The position numbers and the translations under genes were made by a program. A DNA stretch of 64,000 nt from Eledone cirrhosa. Its lineage: Eukaryota. Under the pieces are notes generated by a model that saw only the letters and a program-made list of their open reading frames with translations, made no database searches and was not told where the DNA came from. Location of the stretch: NCBI GenBank assembly GCA_964016885.1, contig OZ024758.1:25110001-25174000 (forward strand), in the 5' to 3' direction. This document shows, in pieces, positions 26,051 through 39,475 of this stretch (within the stretch, counting starts at the first letter, position 1; each line of letters starts with the position of its first letter).

Positions 26051-26452
26051 TTAACCCTTTAGCATTTAAATAGCCCATATCTGGCAAGAATTCTCTCACC
26101 TCTTTCTGTTCAAACCGGCTGTAACCAGCTCCTCATACTTATGTTAAGGTATTGTTCTCAAAATAAATAATATCAAAATCTCAGATTCAATACTAAGTGA
26201 GATAAAGCCTTTACCACAAAATACAATGGTATATATAGAGTAATGTAAATGTTAACCCTTTAGCAATCACATTACTCTTATATATACTACTATATTTTCA
26301 TGGTAAAGGCCTCACATAATATCAAATCTATGAGATTTTGAAAGTATTTATTTTGAGAATAATACCTTAACATCACTTTGAACAACCAGTTTCAGCCAGT
26401 TTCAACAGAGAGAGGTAGAGAATTTTGGCCGGTTTGAACATTAAAGGGTTAA
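26051..26452. mobile_element. Two family A MITEs fused in inverted orientation (palindromic dimer)
   Basis: First copy ends ...GTAAATG-TTAA; second starts at that TTAA (26252) with CCCTTTAG and runs in the opposite orientation. Confidence 0.85.
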
Positions 26453-26494
26453 TTATTTAAATAGATGAATTATTGAACAAAAGCACTTTTGCAT

Positions 26495-26916
26495 CTATTT
26501 TTCCATGCTTGCATGGGTTAGACAGGTCCTACAAGTTACAAAACAAGTCTGGCCAGTTGGCGATGCCATGCCTTGCTCAAACGGAACTGATTCTGGCTTG
26601 ATTTCTACAGCTGGATGCCCTTCCTAACACCAACCTCATTTACAGTGAGTGCTGGGTGCTTTTTTTCCGTGGCGCCTACACGTCCACTTTACGGTGTGGG
26701 CTGGGTGCTTTTTTGCTGTGGCACCTCCACGACCACTTTACAGTGGAATGATAGGGACCCCAGTCCTATCATCTCATTTCTATAGCTGAGTAAACTGGAG
26801 CAATGTGAAATAAAGTGTCTTGCTCAAGGACACAACACATCACCCGGTCTGAGAATTGAACTCACAACCTTTCGATTGCAAGCCCAATGCTCTAACCACT
26901 AAGCCATGTGCCTTCA
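26495..26916 (-). mobile_element. CORE-SINE family 1, long-tail copy
   Basis: Same tRNA head and CORE as 10662-10980, extended RTE-like tail. Confidence 0.85.
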
Positions 26917-27239
26917 TGCAAAGCTATATGCAAAGAAATATCAAATGTTTTTCTAAATTCATTTACTTTCCTAAATTATGAAGAAACTCTAAGATAGTAA
27001 TTAGAGAAATCTTTCAAATGCTATGGCTTACATATTTATGTTCTGATATTTCTAATCATACACATTAAAGAAATTTAATCAAAGGATATTTCTTTTTATT
27101 AAACATTACTAATTAAAATACAATTAGAGTAAAGTAATTAAATATTATACACATTCATTTATACTTTTAAATAATGTGTATGTCCATTTTTCCTATGCTT
27201 GCATGCATTAGCTGGAAGATATACTAGAGGAATACACAT

Positions 27240-27690
27240 ATGACTTGATTGGCACTCCGTCGGTTACAACGATGAGTGTTCCAATTGATACAATTAACGA
27301 AACACCTTAGCATTTACATTACTCTATATTTACCATTATATTTTTATGATAACGGCTTTACATCACATAATATTGAATCTATGAGATTTTGATATTGTTT
27401 ATTTTGAGAACAATACCTTAACATCAGAATGAGTGACCAGTTACAGCAGGTTTGAACAGAAAGAGGTGAGAGAATTCTGGCTGGATATGGCCAGTTTAAA
27501 TGCTAAAAGGTTAACATAGTTCTCAGGGAGATTCAGTGTGACACAGAACGTGACAAGGCTGACCTTTCACATTATAGGTACAACTTACTTTTGCCAGCTG
27601 AGTGGACTAGAGCAATATAAAATAAAAGTCTTGCTCAAAGATACAATGTGCCGCCAGGAATTAAGCTCAGGACCTTACAGTTGTGAGATG
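27240..27690 (-). mobile_element. CORE-SINE variant with a different tail, interrupted by a family A MITE (27303-27514); related copies at 50810-51130, 52596-52925 and about 49290-49770
   Basis: GTTCTCAGGGAGATTC..TGACAC tail plus TCTTGCTCAAGGACAC core. Confidence 0.7.
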
Positions 27691-27711
27691 AATATATACA
27701 TATATATATAC

Positions 27712-30043
27712 ATCATCATCATCATCATCATCATCATCAACGTTTAACGTCCGTGTTCCACGCTTGCATGGGTTTGGACGGGGGTAGTCCCACTTGAGGC
27801 AAGAGTGATTGTCTTGCTCGCATAGGACTGTCTGGCAGGTTTTCTACAGTTGGATGCCCTTCCTAACACCAACCACATTTACAGTGTGGGTCTGGGAGGT
27901 TTTTACCGTGTTGCCTACACGGCCACATTACAGCGTGGACTGTGTGTTTTTTTGTTGTGACACCTACACGATCTCATTTGTTTCGGCCTCGATGGCGCGG
28001 CACCAACATAACTTTACATAGAACGGGGTGGTGTGGATGGGGTGGGGGCGGGGGTGGTGGGACGGGGTGTATTTTGTTAGAGATGCCTACTGGCTGGAGT
28101 AGGTTTTACTATATATTTAGGTAAGGCGGGTCTTCTCTGTTACTGAGTACCGCCAAAGGTCTCGGTCCAGTGACATTGTCTTGGAGAGGTGTAAGTGTGT
28201 GATGTCGGAGTTTATCAGCTCGTCCCAGGTTTTCCTAGGTCTGCCTATTCCGTGACTACCGTCTATCTTTATTGCCCTGCACTTTGTTATACAGCTATCG
28301 ACTTTCATGCGCATCACGTGTCCATACCAACGTAGCCTTCTCTCGAGTAAACAACATCTGATCCCTCTTATCTCTAATTTTTTTTTCCTTAGTTCGTTTA
28401 TGCTTTGCCGTTCACGTATATTACTGTTACACATCCAGCGGAGCATGCAAGCTTCGTTCCTCTCTAGTCTGCGTATATCCTCTGCACACAATGCCCAGGT
28501 CTCACTGCCATGCAGCATTGCTGTTCGTATGCAGGCATCGTACAACCTGCCTTTCATTTTTAGTGAGAACCCTTTAGCAGCTAATAGTGGTATAAGCTCT
28601 CTGAACTTTTTCCAACCAGTTCTGACTCTAGCTACAGTACTTTCAGAGCACCCTCCCCCACTGCTGATTTTATCGCCCAGGTAACGGAAGCTGTCCACTA
28701 TTTCTATGGAACCCTCTGCGCAATTGAAAGAGCTAGTATTTTGTGGGCACTTGCTGCTACTTATTGCACCAGAGCACCGGCCACATGTAAAATCTATGTT
28801 CTTAGTTAGCTTACCTGTGATCCCACTACATCTTTTATGCACCCATACTTTGCATTTAGGACATAAAATGGAGTTTCTACCTACGCCTTTCCTACACACC
28901 GAGCACGACCATTTCCCAGATGGGACCGCCGCCTTGTTTTCTTTCCTACAAACTAGTACTTTGGTCTTAGCCAGGTTAATTTTAAGTCCTTTTGACTCTA
29001 GGCCGTGCTTCCATGTTTGGAATTTCTTCTCTAGCTCGGCCATTGATTCCGCTATGAGTGTCAGGTCGTCTGCGTATAGGAGTTCCCATGGGCAGCCTGT
29101 CTTGAACTCCTCTGTTATAGCCTGAAGGGCAATAATAAATAGTAGTGGGCTGAGAACAGAGCCCTGATGGACGCCAACTTTTACGCTAAACTCTTCACTA
29201 TATTCGTTGTTAATTCTAACCTTGCTGACTGTTTCTTTATACATGGCTTGTATAGCCCTCACAAGCCATTCGTCAACGCCTAGTTTTCTAAGAGCCCACC
29301 AGATAATGGAGCGGGGGACTCTGTCGAAGGCTTTCTCCAAGTCGACAAAAGCTAAGTAGAGGGGTTTACCTTTAGCTAGGTACTTCTCCTGTAGTTGTCG
29401 TACTATGAAAAGAGCGTCTGTGGTACTTTTGCCTGACACAAACCCGAACTGCATTTCATCTAGGTCAATTCTCTCTCTGATTAGTTGCGCTATTACTTTT
29501 TCCGTGACCTTCATGACCTGGTCGATTAATTTAATGCCTCTATAGTTACTCCTATCTAGGGCGTCTCCTTTACCCTTATAACAGTTAACGATGATGCTGC
29601 TATGCCAGTCCTTCGGAACAATCCCATTCTGTACGACTTGGTTAACTATGCGGGTGACCATGGTGTGTCCCACCGTGCCAGATGCCTTCAGCATCTCAGC
29701 AACTATTTCTGAAGGCCCAGCCGCCTTACCCGTCTTCATATCCTTGATTGCCTTACTTATTATACTCCCCTCGACTAACACTGCTGGTCCCTCTATTGGG
29801 TCGATATGGGGGAGACTGCCTTTCTCCCATTTATTCTCCTCATTTAGTAGCCTTTCATAGTGACACTTCCAAGCTACCTTCTTATCAGAGTCGGTGATGG
29901 CAAGTGTGCCATCGTCGTTTAGTACACACTTCTCCCCGACAATATCACGGTTTTCCTTGACACATTGCCTGGCAATCCTGAACACCTCACGTTTTTGGTC
30001 ATCGCGTTGTAGAACATGCTTGAACTTTCTTTCCTCAGCTTTA
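27712..30043 (-). mobile_element. 5'-truncated RTE-clade LINE: uninterrupted RT ORF (28117-30043) with PHD-type finger, 3' UTR and (GAT)n tail
   Basis: RT motifs KAAGP, NYRGIKL, QFGF, FVDLEKAFDRV, GVHQGSVLSPLLF, YADD, FRYLG, RLRWYGHV, GRPRKTW; no endonuclease domain; the M/Y/I N-terminus of the tracked ORF is microsatellite. Confidence 0.96.
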
Positions 30044-30980
30044 TACATATATATATACATATATATATACATATACATATATATATATAGATATACAGAA
30101 CATGCTTGAACTTTCTTTCCTCAGCTTTATACATATATATATACATATATATATACATATACATATATATATATAGATATACATATATATATATACATAT
30201 ATATATTACATATATACATATATATATATACATATATATATACATATACATATATATACATATATATATACATATCTATATATACATATATATATACATA
30301 TATATATATATACATACATATATATATACATATACATATATATATACATATATATATACATATATACATATATATACATATATATATACATATATATATA
30401 CATATATATATATACATATACATATATATACATATACATATATATATACATATATATATACATATATATACATATATATATACATATACATATATATACA
30501 TATATATATACATATACATATATATATACATATACATATATATATACATATACATATACATATACATATATATATACATATACATATATATACATATATA
30601 TACATATACATATATATACATATACATATATATACATATACATATATATACATATATATACATATACATATAATATACATATATATACATATATATACAT
30701 ATACATATATACATATACATATATACATATATATACATATACATATATACATATATATATAAATATACATATATATACATATATATACATATAATAAATA
30801 TACATATATATACATATACATACATATATATACATATACATACTATATACATATATATACATATATACATATACATACATATACATACATATATATAATA
30901 TATATACATATATACAACAATCATCATCATCATCATCGTTTAAGGTCCATCTTCCACGCATACATATATATACATATATA
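30043..30980. repeat. (TA)n/(CATATA)n compound microsatellite with a short LINE/SINE tail fragment at 30918-30960
   Basis: Read directly from sequence. Confidence 0.97.
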
Positions 30981-30982
30981 CA

Positions 30983-32268
30983 GCCTAGAGTCAAAAGGAC
31001 TTAAAATTAACCTGGCTAAGACCAAAGTACTAGTTTGTAGGAAAGAAAACAAGGCGGCGGTCCCTTCTGGGAAATGGTCGTGCTCAGTGTGTAGGAAAGG
31101 CGTAGGTAGAAACTCCATTTTATGTCCTAAATGCAAAGGATGGGTGCATAAAAGATGTAGTGGGATCACAGGTAAGCTAACTAAGAACATAGATTTTACA
31201 TGTGGCCGGTGCTCTGGTGCAATAAGTAGCAGCAAGTGCCCACAAAATACTAGCTCTTTCAATTGCGCAGAGGGTTCCATAGAAATAGTGGACAGCTTCC
31301 GTTACCTGGGCGATAAAATCAGCAGTGGGGGAGGGTGCTCTGAAAGTACTGTAGCTAGAGTCAGAACTGGTTGGAAAAAGTTCAGAGAGCTTATACCACT
31401 ATTAGCTGCTAAAGGGTTCTCACTAAAAATGAAAGGCAGGTTGTACGATGCCTGCATACGAACAGCAATGCTGCATGGCAGTGAGACCTGGGCATTGTGT
31501 GCAGAGGATATACGCAGACTAGAGAGGAACGAAGCTTGCATGCTCCGCTGGATGTGTAACAGTAATATACGTGAACGGCAAAGCATAAACGAACTAAGGA
31601 AAAAAAAATTAGAGATAAGAGGGATCAGATGTTGTTTACTCGAGAGAAGGCTACGTTGGTATGGACACGTGATGTGCATGAAAGTCGATAGCTGTATAAC
31701 AAAGTGCAGGGCAATAAAGATAGACGGTAGTCACGGAATAGGCAGACCTAGAAAACCTGGGACGAGCTGATAAACTCCGACATCACACACTTACACCTCT
31801 CCAAGACAATGTCACTGGACCGAGACCTTTGGCGGTACTCAGTAACAGAGAAGACCCGCCTTACCTAAATATATAGTAAAACCTACTCCAGCCAGTAGGC
31901 ATCTCTAACAAAATACATCCCCGTCCCACCACCACCACCCCCACCCCATCCACACCACCCCGTTCTATGTAAAGTTATGTTGGTGCCGCGCCATCGAGGC
32001 CGAAACAAATGAGATCGTGTAGGTGTCACGACAAAAAAACACACAGTCCACGCTGTAATGTGGCCGTGTAGGCAACACGGTAAAAACCTCCCAGTCCCAC
32101 ACTGTAAATGTGGTTGGTGTTAGGAAGGGCATCCAGCTGTAGAAAACCTGCCAGACAGTCCTATGCGAGCAAGACAACCACTCTTGCCTCAAGTGGGACT
32201 ACCCCCGTCCAAACCCATGCAAGCGTGGAACACGGACGTTAAACGTTGATGATGATGATGATGATGAT
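30983..32268 (+). mobile_element. Inverted near-identical copy of the 3' 1.3 kb of the RTE LINE
   Basis: Reverse complement of 27712-29003 with few differences (KVW/KGW, MRM/MCM, 1-bp frameshift after GRPRK). Confidence 0.95.
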
Positions 32269-32408
32269 ACAGAATCGGTTCCCGTCCCATCCTTACTAGC
32301 AGGGAAAAGCGGACGTAAAATGAAATGATGATATATATAGCTAACCACTAAGCCATGTGCCTCCATAAATATATATATATATAAATATACATATATAAAT
32401 ATATATAA

Positions 32409-32439
<31 letters not shown>

Positions 32440-32624
32440 AATATACATATATATAAATATACATATATATAAATATACATATATATATATATATATATAT
32501 AAATATACATATATATAAATATACATATATATAAATATACATATATATATATATATATATAAATATACATATATATAAATATACATATATATAAATATAC
32601 ATAAATATACATATATATAAATAA

Positions 32625-33055
32625 AGTAAAAACCTACTACAGTCAGTAGGCATCTCTATCAAAACACACCCCCGTCCCACCACCTCCACCCCACCCACAC
32701 CGCCCTTTCAATGTAAAGTTATGTTGGTCCCACAACATCCAGGCCGAAACAAATGAGATCGTGTAGGTGTCACGACAAAAAACACACAGTCCACGCTGTA
32801 AATTTGGCCGTGTAGGCAACACGGTAAAACCTCCCAGCCCCACACTGTAAATGTGGTTGGTGTTAGGAAGGGCATCCAACTGTAGAAAACCCGCCAGACA
32901 GTCCTATGCGAGCAAGACAACCACTCTTGCCTCAAGTGGGAAAACCCCGTCAAACCCATGCAAGCGTGGAACACGGACGCTAAACCTGATGATGATGATG
33001 ATGATGATGATACATATATATATATATATATAAATATACATATATATAAATATAC

Positions 33056-33089
<34 letters not shown>

Positions 33090-33322
33090 GCGAGAGAAGA
33101 CTACGTTGGTATGGTCACGTGATGCGTATGAAAGACGACAGCTGTATAAAAAAGTGAAGGGCGAACAAAATAGTTGGAAGCTACGGAGTAGGCAGACCCA
33201 GAAAAACCTGGGACGATTTGATAAATTCCGACCTTACACACTTACACCTCTCCAAGACAATGTCACTGGACCGAGATCTTTGGCGCTACGCAGTAATACA
33301 GAAGGCCGCCTTGCCTAAGTAC
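32625..33322 (+). mobile_element. Further RTE LINE 3' fragments of a related subfamily, embedded in (TA)n
   Basis: 3' UTR plus (GAT)n at 32625-33010; RRLRWYGHV-containing fragment at 33090-33322. Confidence 0.85.
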
Positions 33323-33324
33323 AA

Positions 33325-33963
33325 GTTTTTTCCCGTGGCGCTTACACGTCCACTTTACAGTGAGTGCTGGGTGCTTTTTTCCGTGGCACCTCCACGACCA
33401 CTTTGCAGTGGAATGATAGGGACCCTAGTCCCTATCATCTCATTTCTACAGCTGAGTAAACTGGAGCAATGTGAAATAAAGTGTCTTGCTCAAGGAAACA
33501 ACACATCACCCTGTCTGAGAATTGAACTCACAACCTTTCGATTGCAAGGCCAATGCTCTAACCACTAAGCCATGTGCCTCCATCATATATATATATATAT
33601 ATATTTCAGATATATATTTCTTTTTATGGCTTAGTGGTTAGAGCATTGGCCTTGCAATCGAAAGGTTGTGAGTTCAATTCTCAGACCGGGTGATGTGTTG
33701 TTTCCTTGAGCAAGACACTTTATTTCACATTGCTCCAGTTTACTCAGCTGTAGAAATGAGATGATAGGGACTGGGGTCCCTATCATTCCACTGTAAAGTG
33801 GTCGTGGAGGTGCCACAGAAAAAAAGCACCCAGCACTCACTGTAAATGAGGTTGGTGTTAGGAAGGGCATCCAGCTGTAGAAATCTAGCCAGAATCAGTT
33901 CCCGTCCCACCCTTGCAAGCAGGGAAAAGGGGACGTAAAATGAAATGATGAAATGATTATGAT
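33325..33963. mobile_element. Head-to-head pair of CORE-SINE family 1 copies (- 33325-33582; + 33626-33963)
   Basis: About 220-bp near-perfect inverted arms separated by an AT-rich spacer of about 45 bp. Confidence 0.9.
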
Positions 33964-34092
33964 GTCTCACTAGCTCTTTTTGATTACCAACTGTAAGGAG
34001 TACTCTATAGTTCACAGAGTCTGTCATGCCTTACTAGCTCTATACGGACGTTTAAATTGAATAAATAAATATATCTATTCTTATAATCAAAT

Positions 34093-34391
34093 TTAACCCT
34101 TTAATGTTCAAACCGGCCAAAACTGGCCAGAATTCTCTACCTTTTTCTGTTGAAACTGGTTGTAACTGGTCACTGATACTGATGTTAAGGTATTGTTCTG
34201 AAAATATATACTTTCAAAATCTCATAGATTCGATATTATGAGATAATTATGTGAGATAAAGCCTTTACCATGAAAATACAATAGTATATATAGAGTAATG
34301 TGAATATTATGTGAGATAATTATGTGAGGTAAAGCCTTTACCATGAAAATATAATAGTATATATAGAGTAATGTGAATGGTAAAGGGTTAA
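34093..34391. mobile_element. piggyBac-type MITE A2 with two copies of the internal 73-bp unit
   Basis: TTAACCCTTT...AAAGGGTTAA; segment GTGAG.TAAAGCCTTTACCATGAAAAT..AATAGTATATATAGAGTAATGTGAAT present twice. Confidence 0.88.
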
Positions 34392-34538
34392 AGACGATTC
34401 CATTGGTGAACTGGAAAAACAAAACTGTACATGATAGATATAAAATCAAGATATTACAATTAGTTAACCAGATCCACTAAATGAATATTGAGTGTACATG
34501 TAGCTATTTGTCTGACTGTGTTTCAATGACAGTGGCAG

Positions 34539-34577
<39 letters not shown>

Positions 34578-34770
34578 CACTACACTACCACCCTTTAACC
34601 CTTTCTGTATCAATATACAATTAATTAACCAGATTCACTAAATGACTATACAATTAGTTTACCAGATTCTTCAAAGTGAAAACATTAAAGAAATTTCACT
34701 TGGATTATATATGAAAATATATATCATAAACTAAAACGCTACACCCATTAGAGACTCAAACAAACTAATA

Positions 34771-35539
34771 TTAATTCTTTAGCATTTAAACCAGCTGGCC
34801 ATATCAAGCCAGAATTCTGTCATGTCTTTCTATTTAAACCAGTTGTAACCAGCTGCTTATACCGACATTAACCGTTTAGCATTTACATTACTCTATATTT
34901 ACTATTATATTTTCATGGTAAAGGTTTTATCTCACATAATATTGAATCTATGACATTTTGATATTATTTATTTTGAGAACAATAACATCAGTGTGAGTGA
35001 CTGGTTACAGCTGGTTTGAACAGAAAGAGGTGAGAAAATTCCGGCCGGATATGACCAGTTTAAATGCTAAAGGGTTAATCCGGCCATATCCAGCCAGAAT
35101 TCTCTCACCTCTTTCTTTTCAAACTGCTCATACTGATGTTAAGGTATTATTCTCAAAATAAATAATATCAAAATCTCATAGATTCGATATTATGTGAGGT
35201 AAAGACTTTACTGTGAAAATACAATAGTAAATATATATAAAGTAATGTAAATGTTAAAGGGTTAAGGTATTGTTCTCAAAATAAATAATTGTTTCTACTT
35301 TTGGCACAAATCATCATCACCAGAAATTATCTCAGTGCATTACTGGTACTTTATTTTATTGACCCTGTAAGGATGAAAGGCAAAGTTAAACTCGGCGGGA
35401 TTTGAACTCAGACCGTAAAGGGCCGTTACTCTATGCTGCAAAGCATGGCGTCCGACCCACTACCAATACTGCCAGTGAGATAAAGTGTTACTGTGAAAAT
35501 AATAGTAAAAATAGAGTAATGTAAATGCTAAAGGGTTAA
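34771..35539. mobile_element. Nested cluster: family A MITE interrupted at an internal TTAA by an inverted MITE dimer (34868-35265) and by a family 2 SINE (35288-35475)
   Basis: Outer copy ...ACCGACA-TTAA resumes after TTAA as GGTATTGTTCTCAAAAT and ends AAATGCTAAAGGGTTAA at 35539. Confidence 0.8.
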
Positions 35540-36289
35540 AACAAATGAAGGGATAAACAAACCTATCGTAATTAAATCATAACAAAATAGCACTGTGATT
35601 AGTAACACTGTGAAGGTGTGTGGCTGAGAGGTTAGAGAATTGGTTTCACAATTGTGAGGTTGTGAGTTCAATTCCAGGACCGGGTGATGTGTTATGTCCT
35701 TGAGCAAGACACTTTATTTCACGTTGCTCCTTCTGCCTGGAGTTGCAACCAATAGATAGTATTAACAATTAGAAAGACCAATGGAAACATTGTTTCCTCG
35801 GTCAGATTTGATGAGCTCCACCTCACTCGTTAAGCAAATGAGGTCTGGGACCTTGTCAATCGACTGTCAATTACTAATGGATATCAAATTCTTTACTGTG
35901 GCTATCACATAAAAGCTGCCATAAATTTGATTATATAAGTTCAAGGACTTAGAAATAGAGGGAAAGTGTAGCTTTTGTGGGGGGGTTTTTTGTTGTTTTT
36001 GTTTTTTTTCCTTAAGGGTATTATTGACTTAATTGTAGAAATAGGGCTCTAGACTCACTTCATTGAAAACTTAGTAGAAGCAAATTACACCCCCACTCCC
36101 CACCACCACTGCCACTAACCCATTTGTATAATTAACATAAACAATCTAATCTCGCCCTCTCTGTGTGTGTGTGTGTTTATGTGTGTCTATGTATGTATAT
36201 ATTACCAAATGAAAGTATATATGTGTATATATATATATATATACACAGTTAGAGAGGGGGGAGAAAGAACCATATATCGTACAAGATGA

Positions 36290-36381
36290 AAAGATATATG
36301 TATAAACTATATGTATGTATATGTGATGTGTGTGTGTATATATGTGTGATGTGTGTGTGTATATATATGTGTGTGTGTGTG

Positions 36382-36424
<43 letters not shown>

Positions 36425-36541
36425 GTGTGTGTATATATATGTATATGTGTATATATATGTGTGTGTATATATTATATATATATATGTGTATGTATATGTG
36501 TGTATATATATATGTGTATATATATATATATGTATATGTGT

Positions 36542-36574
<33 letters not shown>

Positions 36575-37132
36575 GTGTGTGTGTATATATATATGTGTGT
36601 ATGTATGTGTGTATATATATATGTGTGTGTATATATATATATGTATATATGTGTGTGTATATATATATATATATATGTGTATGTGTGTGTGTGTGTGTGT
36701 ATCATCATCATCATCATCATCGTTTAACGTCCATGTTCCACGCTTGGGTGGGTTTGGACGGGAGTTTTCCCACTTGAGGCAAGAGTGGTTGTCTTGCTCG
36801 CATAGGACTGTCTGGCGGGTTTTCTACAGCTGGATGCCCTTCCTAACACCAACCACGTTTACAGTGTGGGACTGGGAGGTTTTTACCGTGTTGCCTACAC
36901 GGCCACATTACAGCGTGGACTGTGTGTTTTTTTGTCGTGACACCTACACGATCTCATTTGTTTCGGCCTGGATGTTGTGGCACCAACATAACTTTACATT
37001 GAAAGGGGCGGTGTGGATGGGGTGGGGGTGGTGGGACGGGGGTGTATTTTGTTAGAGATGCCTACTGACTGTAGTAGGTTTTACTTTGTATTTAGGTAAG
37101 GCGGGTCTTCTCTATTACTGAGTGCCGCCAAA
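36290..37132 (-). mobile_element. RTE LINE 3' UTR fragment (36701-37132) inserted in a (TG)n/(TA)n microsatellite
   Basis: Same 3' UTR as 27712-28160, (CAT)n on + strand. Confidence 0.88.
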
Positions 37133-37136
37133 GATA

Positions 37137-37221
<85 letters not shown>

Positions 37222-37546
37222 ATATACATATAAATACATACACACACACACAGAAATATGTATTACCAAAGTAGCAAAGTTTCCCCCGGTGCATATGTGA
37301 GAGAGGAACAGGAGGAGGAAAGAATTAGAACTAAAGAACTGAAGTAGCTTTCCTCTAAGAGAGATTAAACCAAGATTAAATAACTACTTAAAAGGGGGAC
37401 CAGCTTGAAACTGGCTTAAACCAAAAAGGACAAAACAACACAGAATGGTTTATAGATACAGACTGATTGCTTGAAAAATATTATAGACTTTATATTATAA
37501 ACTTTTATACTAATGCAAACATAATGATTCAGGTTTTCATCTAGAG

Positions 37547-38293
37547 CAGAGGTTCTCAAAGTGGGGGTGGTGGGTGAGATGGTCCAGGGGAACCGCTGGG
37601 GACTGGGGGGGGGGGGGGGGCTATGAATTTATTATTTATAATATTATTATAGCATTGTATATATGATATAAAAGTATATTAAATATCAAATAATACATAT
37701 ATATATAAATGTAGTGGCTGTTGTGTAAAAGATATGCCAAAAAACATCCAGCACACACTGTAAATGTAGGAAGAGCGTCCAGCCGTAGAAAACCAGCCAG
37801 AAACAGTCCTATATGTGCAAGACATGGGCACCCAAACTAATGTTAGCGTGGAAGATGGTGGTTAAAACGGCGATGATGATGATATTAAAATAAAAAATAT
37901 ATAATATTTATCTATACATAGTTTATATTATATTATTTATTATATATAGGGTGGTGAACTGGCAGTATCGGTAGAGGATCGGGACGCCATGCTTTCCAGC
38001 ATAGTTACGTCCCTTTATGGTCTGAGTTCAAATCCCGTCGAAGTTAACTTTGCCTTTCATCCTTACGGGGGTCGATAAAATAAAGTACCAGTAATGCACT
38101 GGGGTATTTGCTGGCCTTGTGCCAAAAGTAGAAACAATTATTTATTATATATAAATTAACGATTTTATTTATTATATATTTTTTTATAATTCATGTGTAG
38201 GCAGGTCTCTATGGAAATAGAGGTGGGAGAGAGAGCTGAGGGTATTACGCGACCGCAAGGGAGGCGAAGGCCCCAAAACTTTCAGAACTTCTG
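37547..38293. mobile_element. hAT/Charlie-like non-autonomous element with nested RTE-tail fragment and family 2 SINE (37948-38122)
   Basis: TCTAGAG-CAGAGGTTCTCAAAGT ... ACTTTCAGAACTTCTG. Confidence 0.7.
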
Positions 38294-38584
38294 AATAAAA
38301 TTGTTAAAAGCAACAGAAGAAATAAATAAAATTCCAAAAAAATCATTGTGAAATGCGAACACATCTTGAAGAAACAGGAAGTTATGAGATTATAAGAGGG
38401 AAGAAAATGTTTAAGTTGTAATGCCTATGTCCTCCCCAGAGTTTCAGCAAAATAAGTGATTTCAACTGGGAACCAGGAATCTGGGTCATCAGATTCCTCA
38501 GTTTTGTGAGAATTTGCAATATGTCATCAATTACATCTAAATAAATATTAATTATCAAAGTTAAAAGTACTAAAACAATATGAG

Positions 38585-39341
38585 TACACACACATACATA
38601 TGTATATACACATATACATATGTATATATACGCAAACATATATATGTATTTATATATGCACGCATACATATGTATATATACGCACTCATATATATGTATA
38701 TATACTCACACATACATATGTATATATACGCACTCATATATGTATATATATGCACTCATATATGTATATATATGCACTCATATATGTATATATATGCACT
38801 CATATATATGCATATATACTCACACATACATGTATACATATGGACACATACATATGTATACATACGCACACATACATATGTATACATACGCACACAAACA
38901 TATATATGTATTTATATATGCACGCATACATATGTATATATACGCACACATATGTATATATATACTCACACATATGTATGTATGTATATATACGCACACA
39001 TACATATGTATATATACGCACACATACATATGTATATATATACGCACACATACATATGTATATATATATACGCACACATACATATGTATATATATACGCA
39101 CACATACATATGTATATATATACGCACACATACATATGTATATATAAACACACATATGTATATACGCACACATATACATGTATATACGCACACATACAAG
39201 TATATATACACACACATATACAAGTGTACACAGACACACACACATATAAAAACACATATATATACACATACATATATTACATACATGCATACACATTCAT
39301 ATATATTATACATACACACACGCTCACATGTATGTGTGTTT

Positions 39342-39379
<38 letters not shown>

Positions 39380-39380
39380 C
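38585..39380. repeat. Compound purine-pyrimidine micro/minisatellite (TACGCACACATACATATGTATA-like units)
   Basis: Read directly; source of the H/I/Y/T pseudo-ORFs. Confidence 0.95.
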
Positions 39381-39475
39381 TAATTTTAAAAACGCCAAAG
39401 AATCAATGCATTTTCAAACTGACATATGTAAAACAGTTGTAATACTCCATTTAATAATATTACTATATATATATA

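Noticed and set aside
29919-39442. Many Y/I/M/C/H/T-rich ORFs (30106-30994, 32199-32698, 36286-37055, 38580-39442)
   Set aside because: Translations of (TA)n, (CATA)n and (TG)n microsatellites
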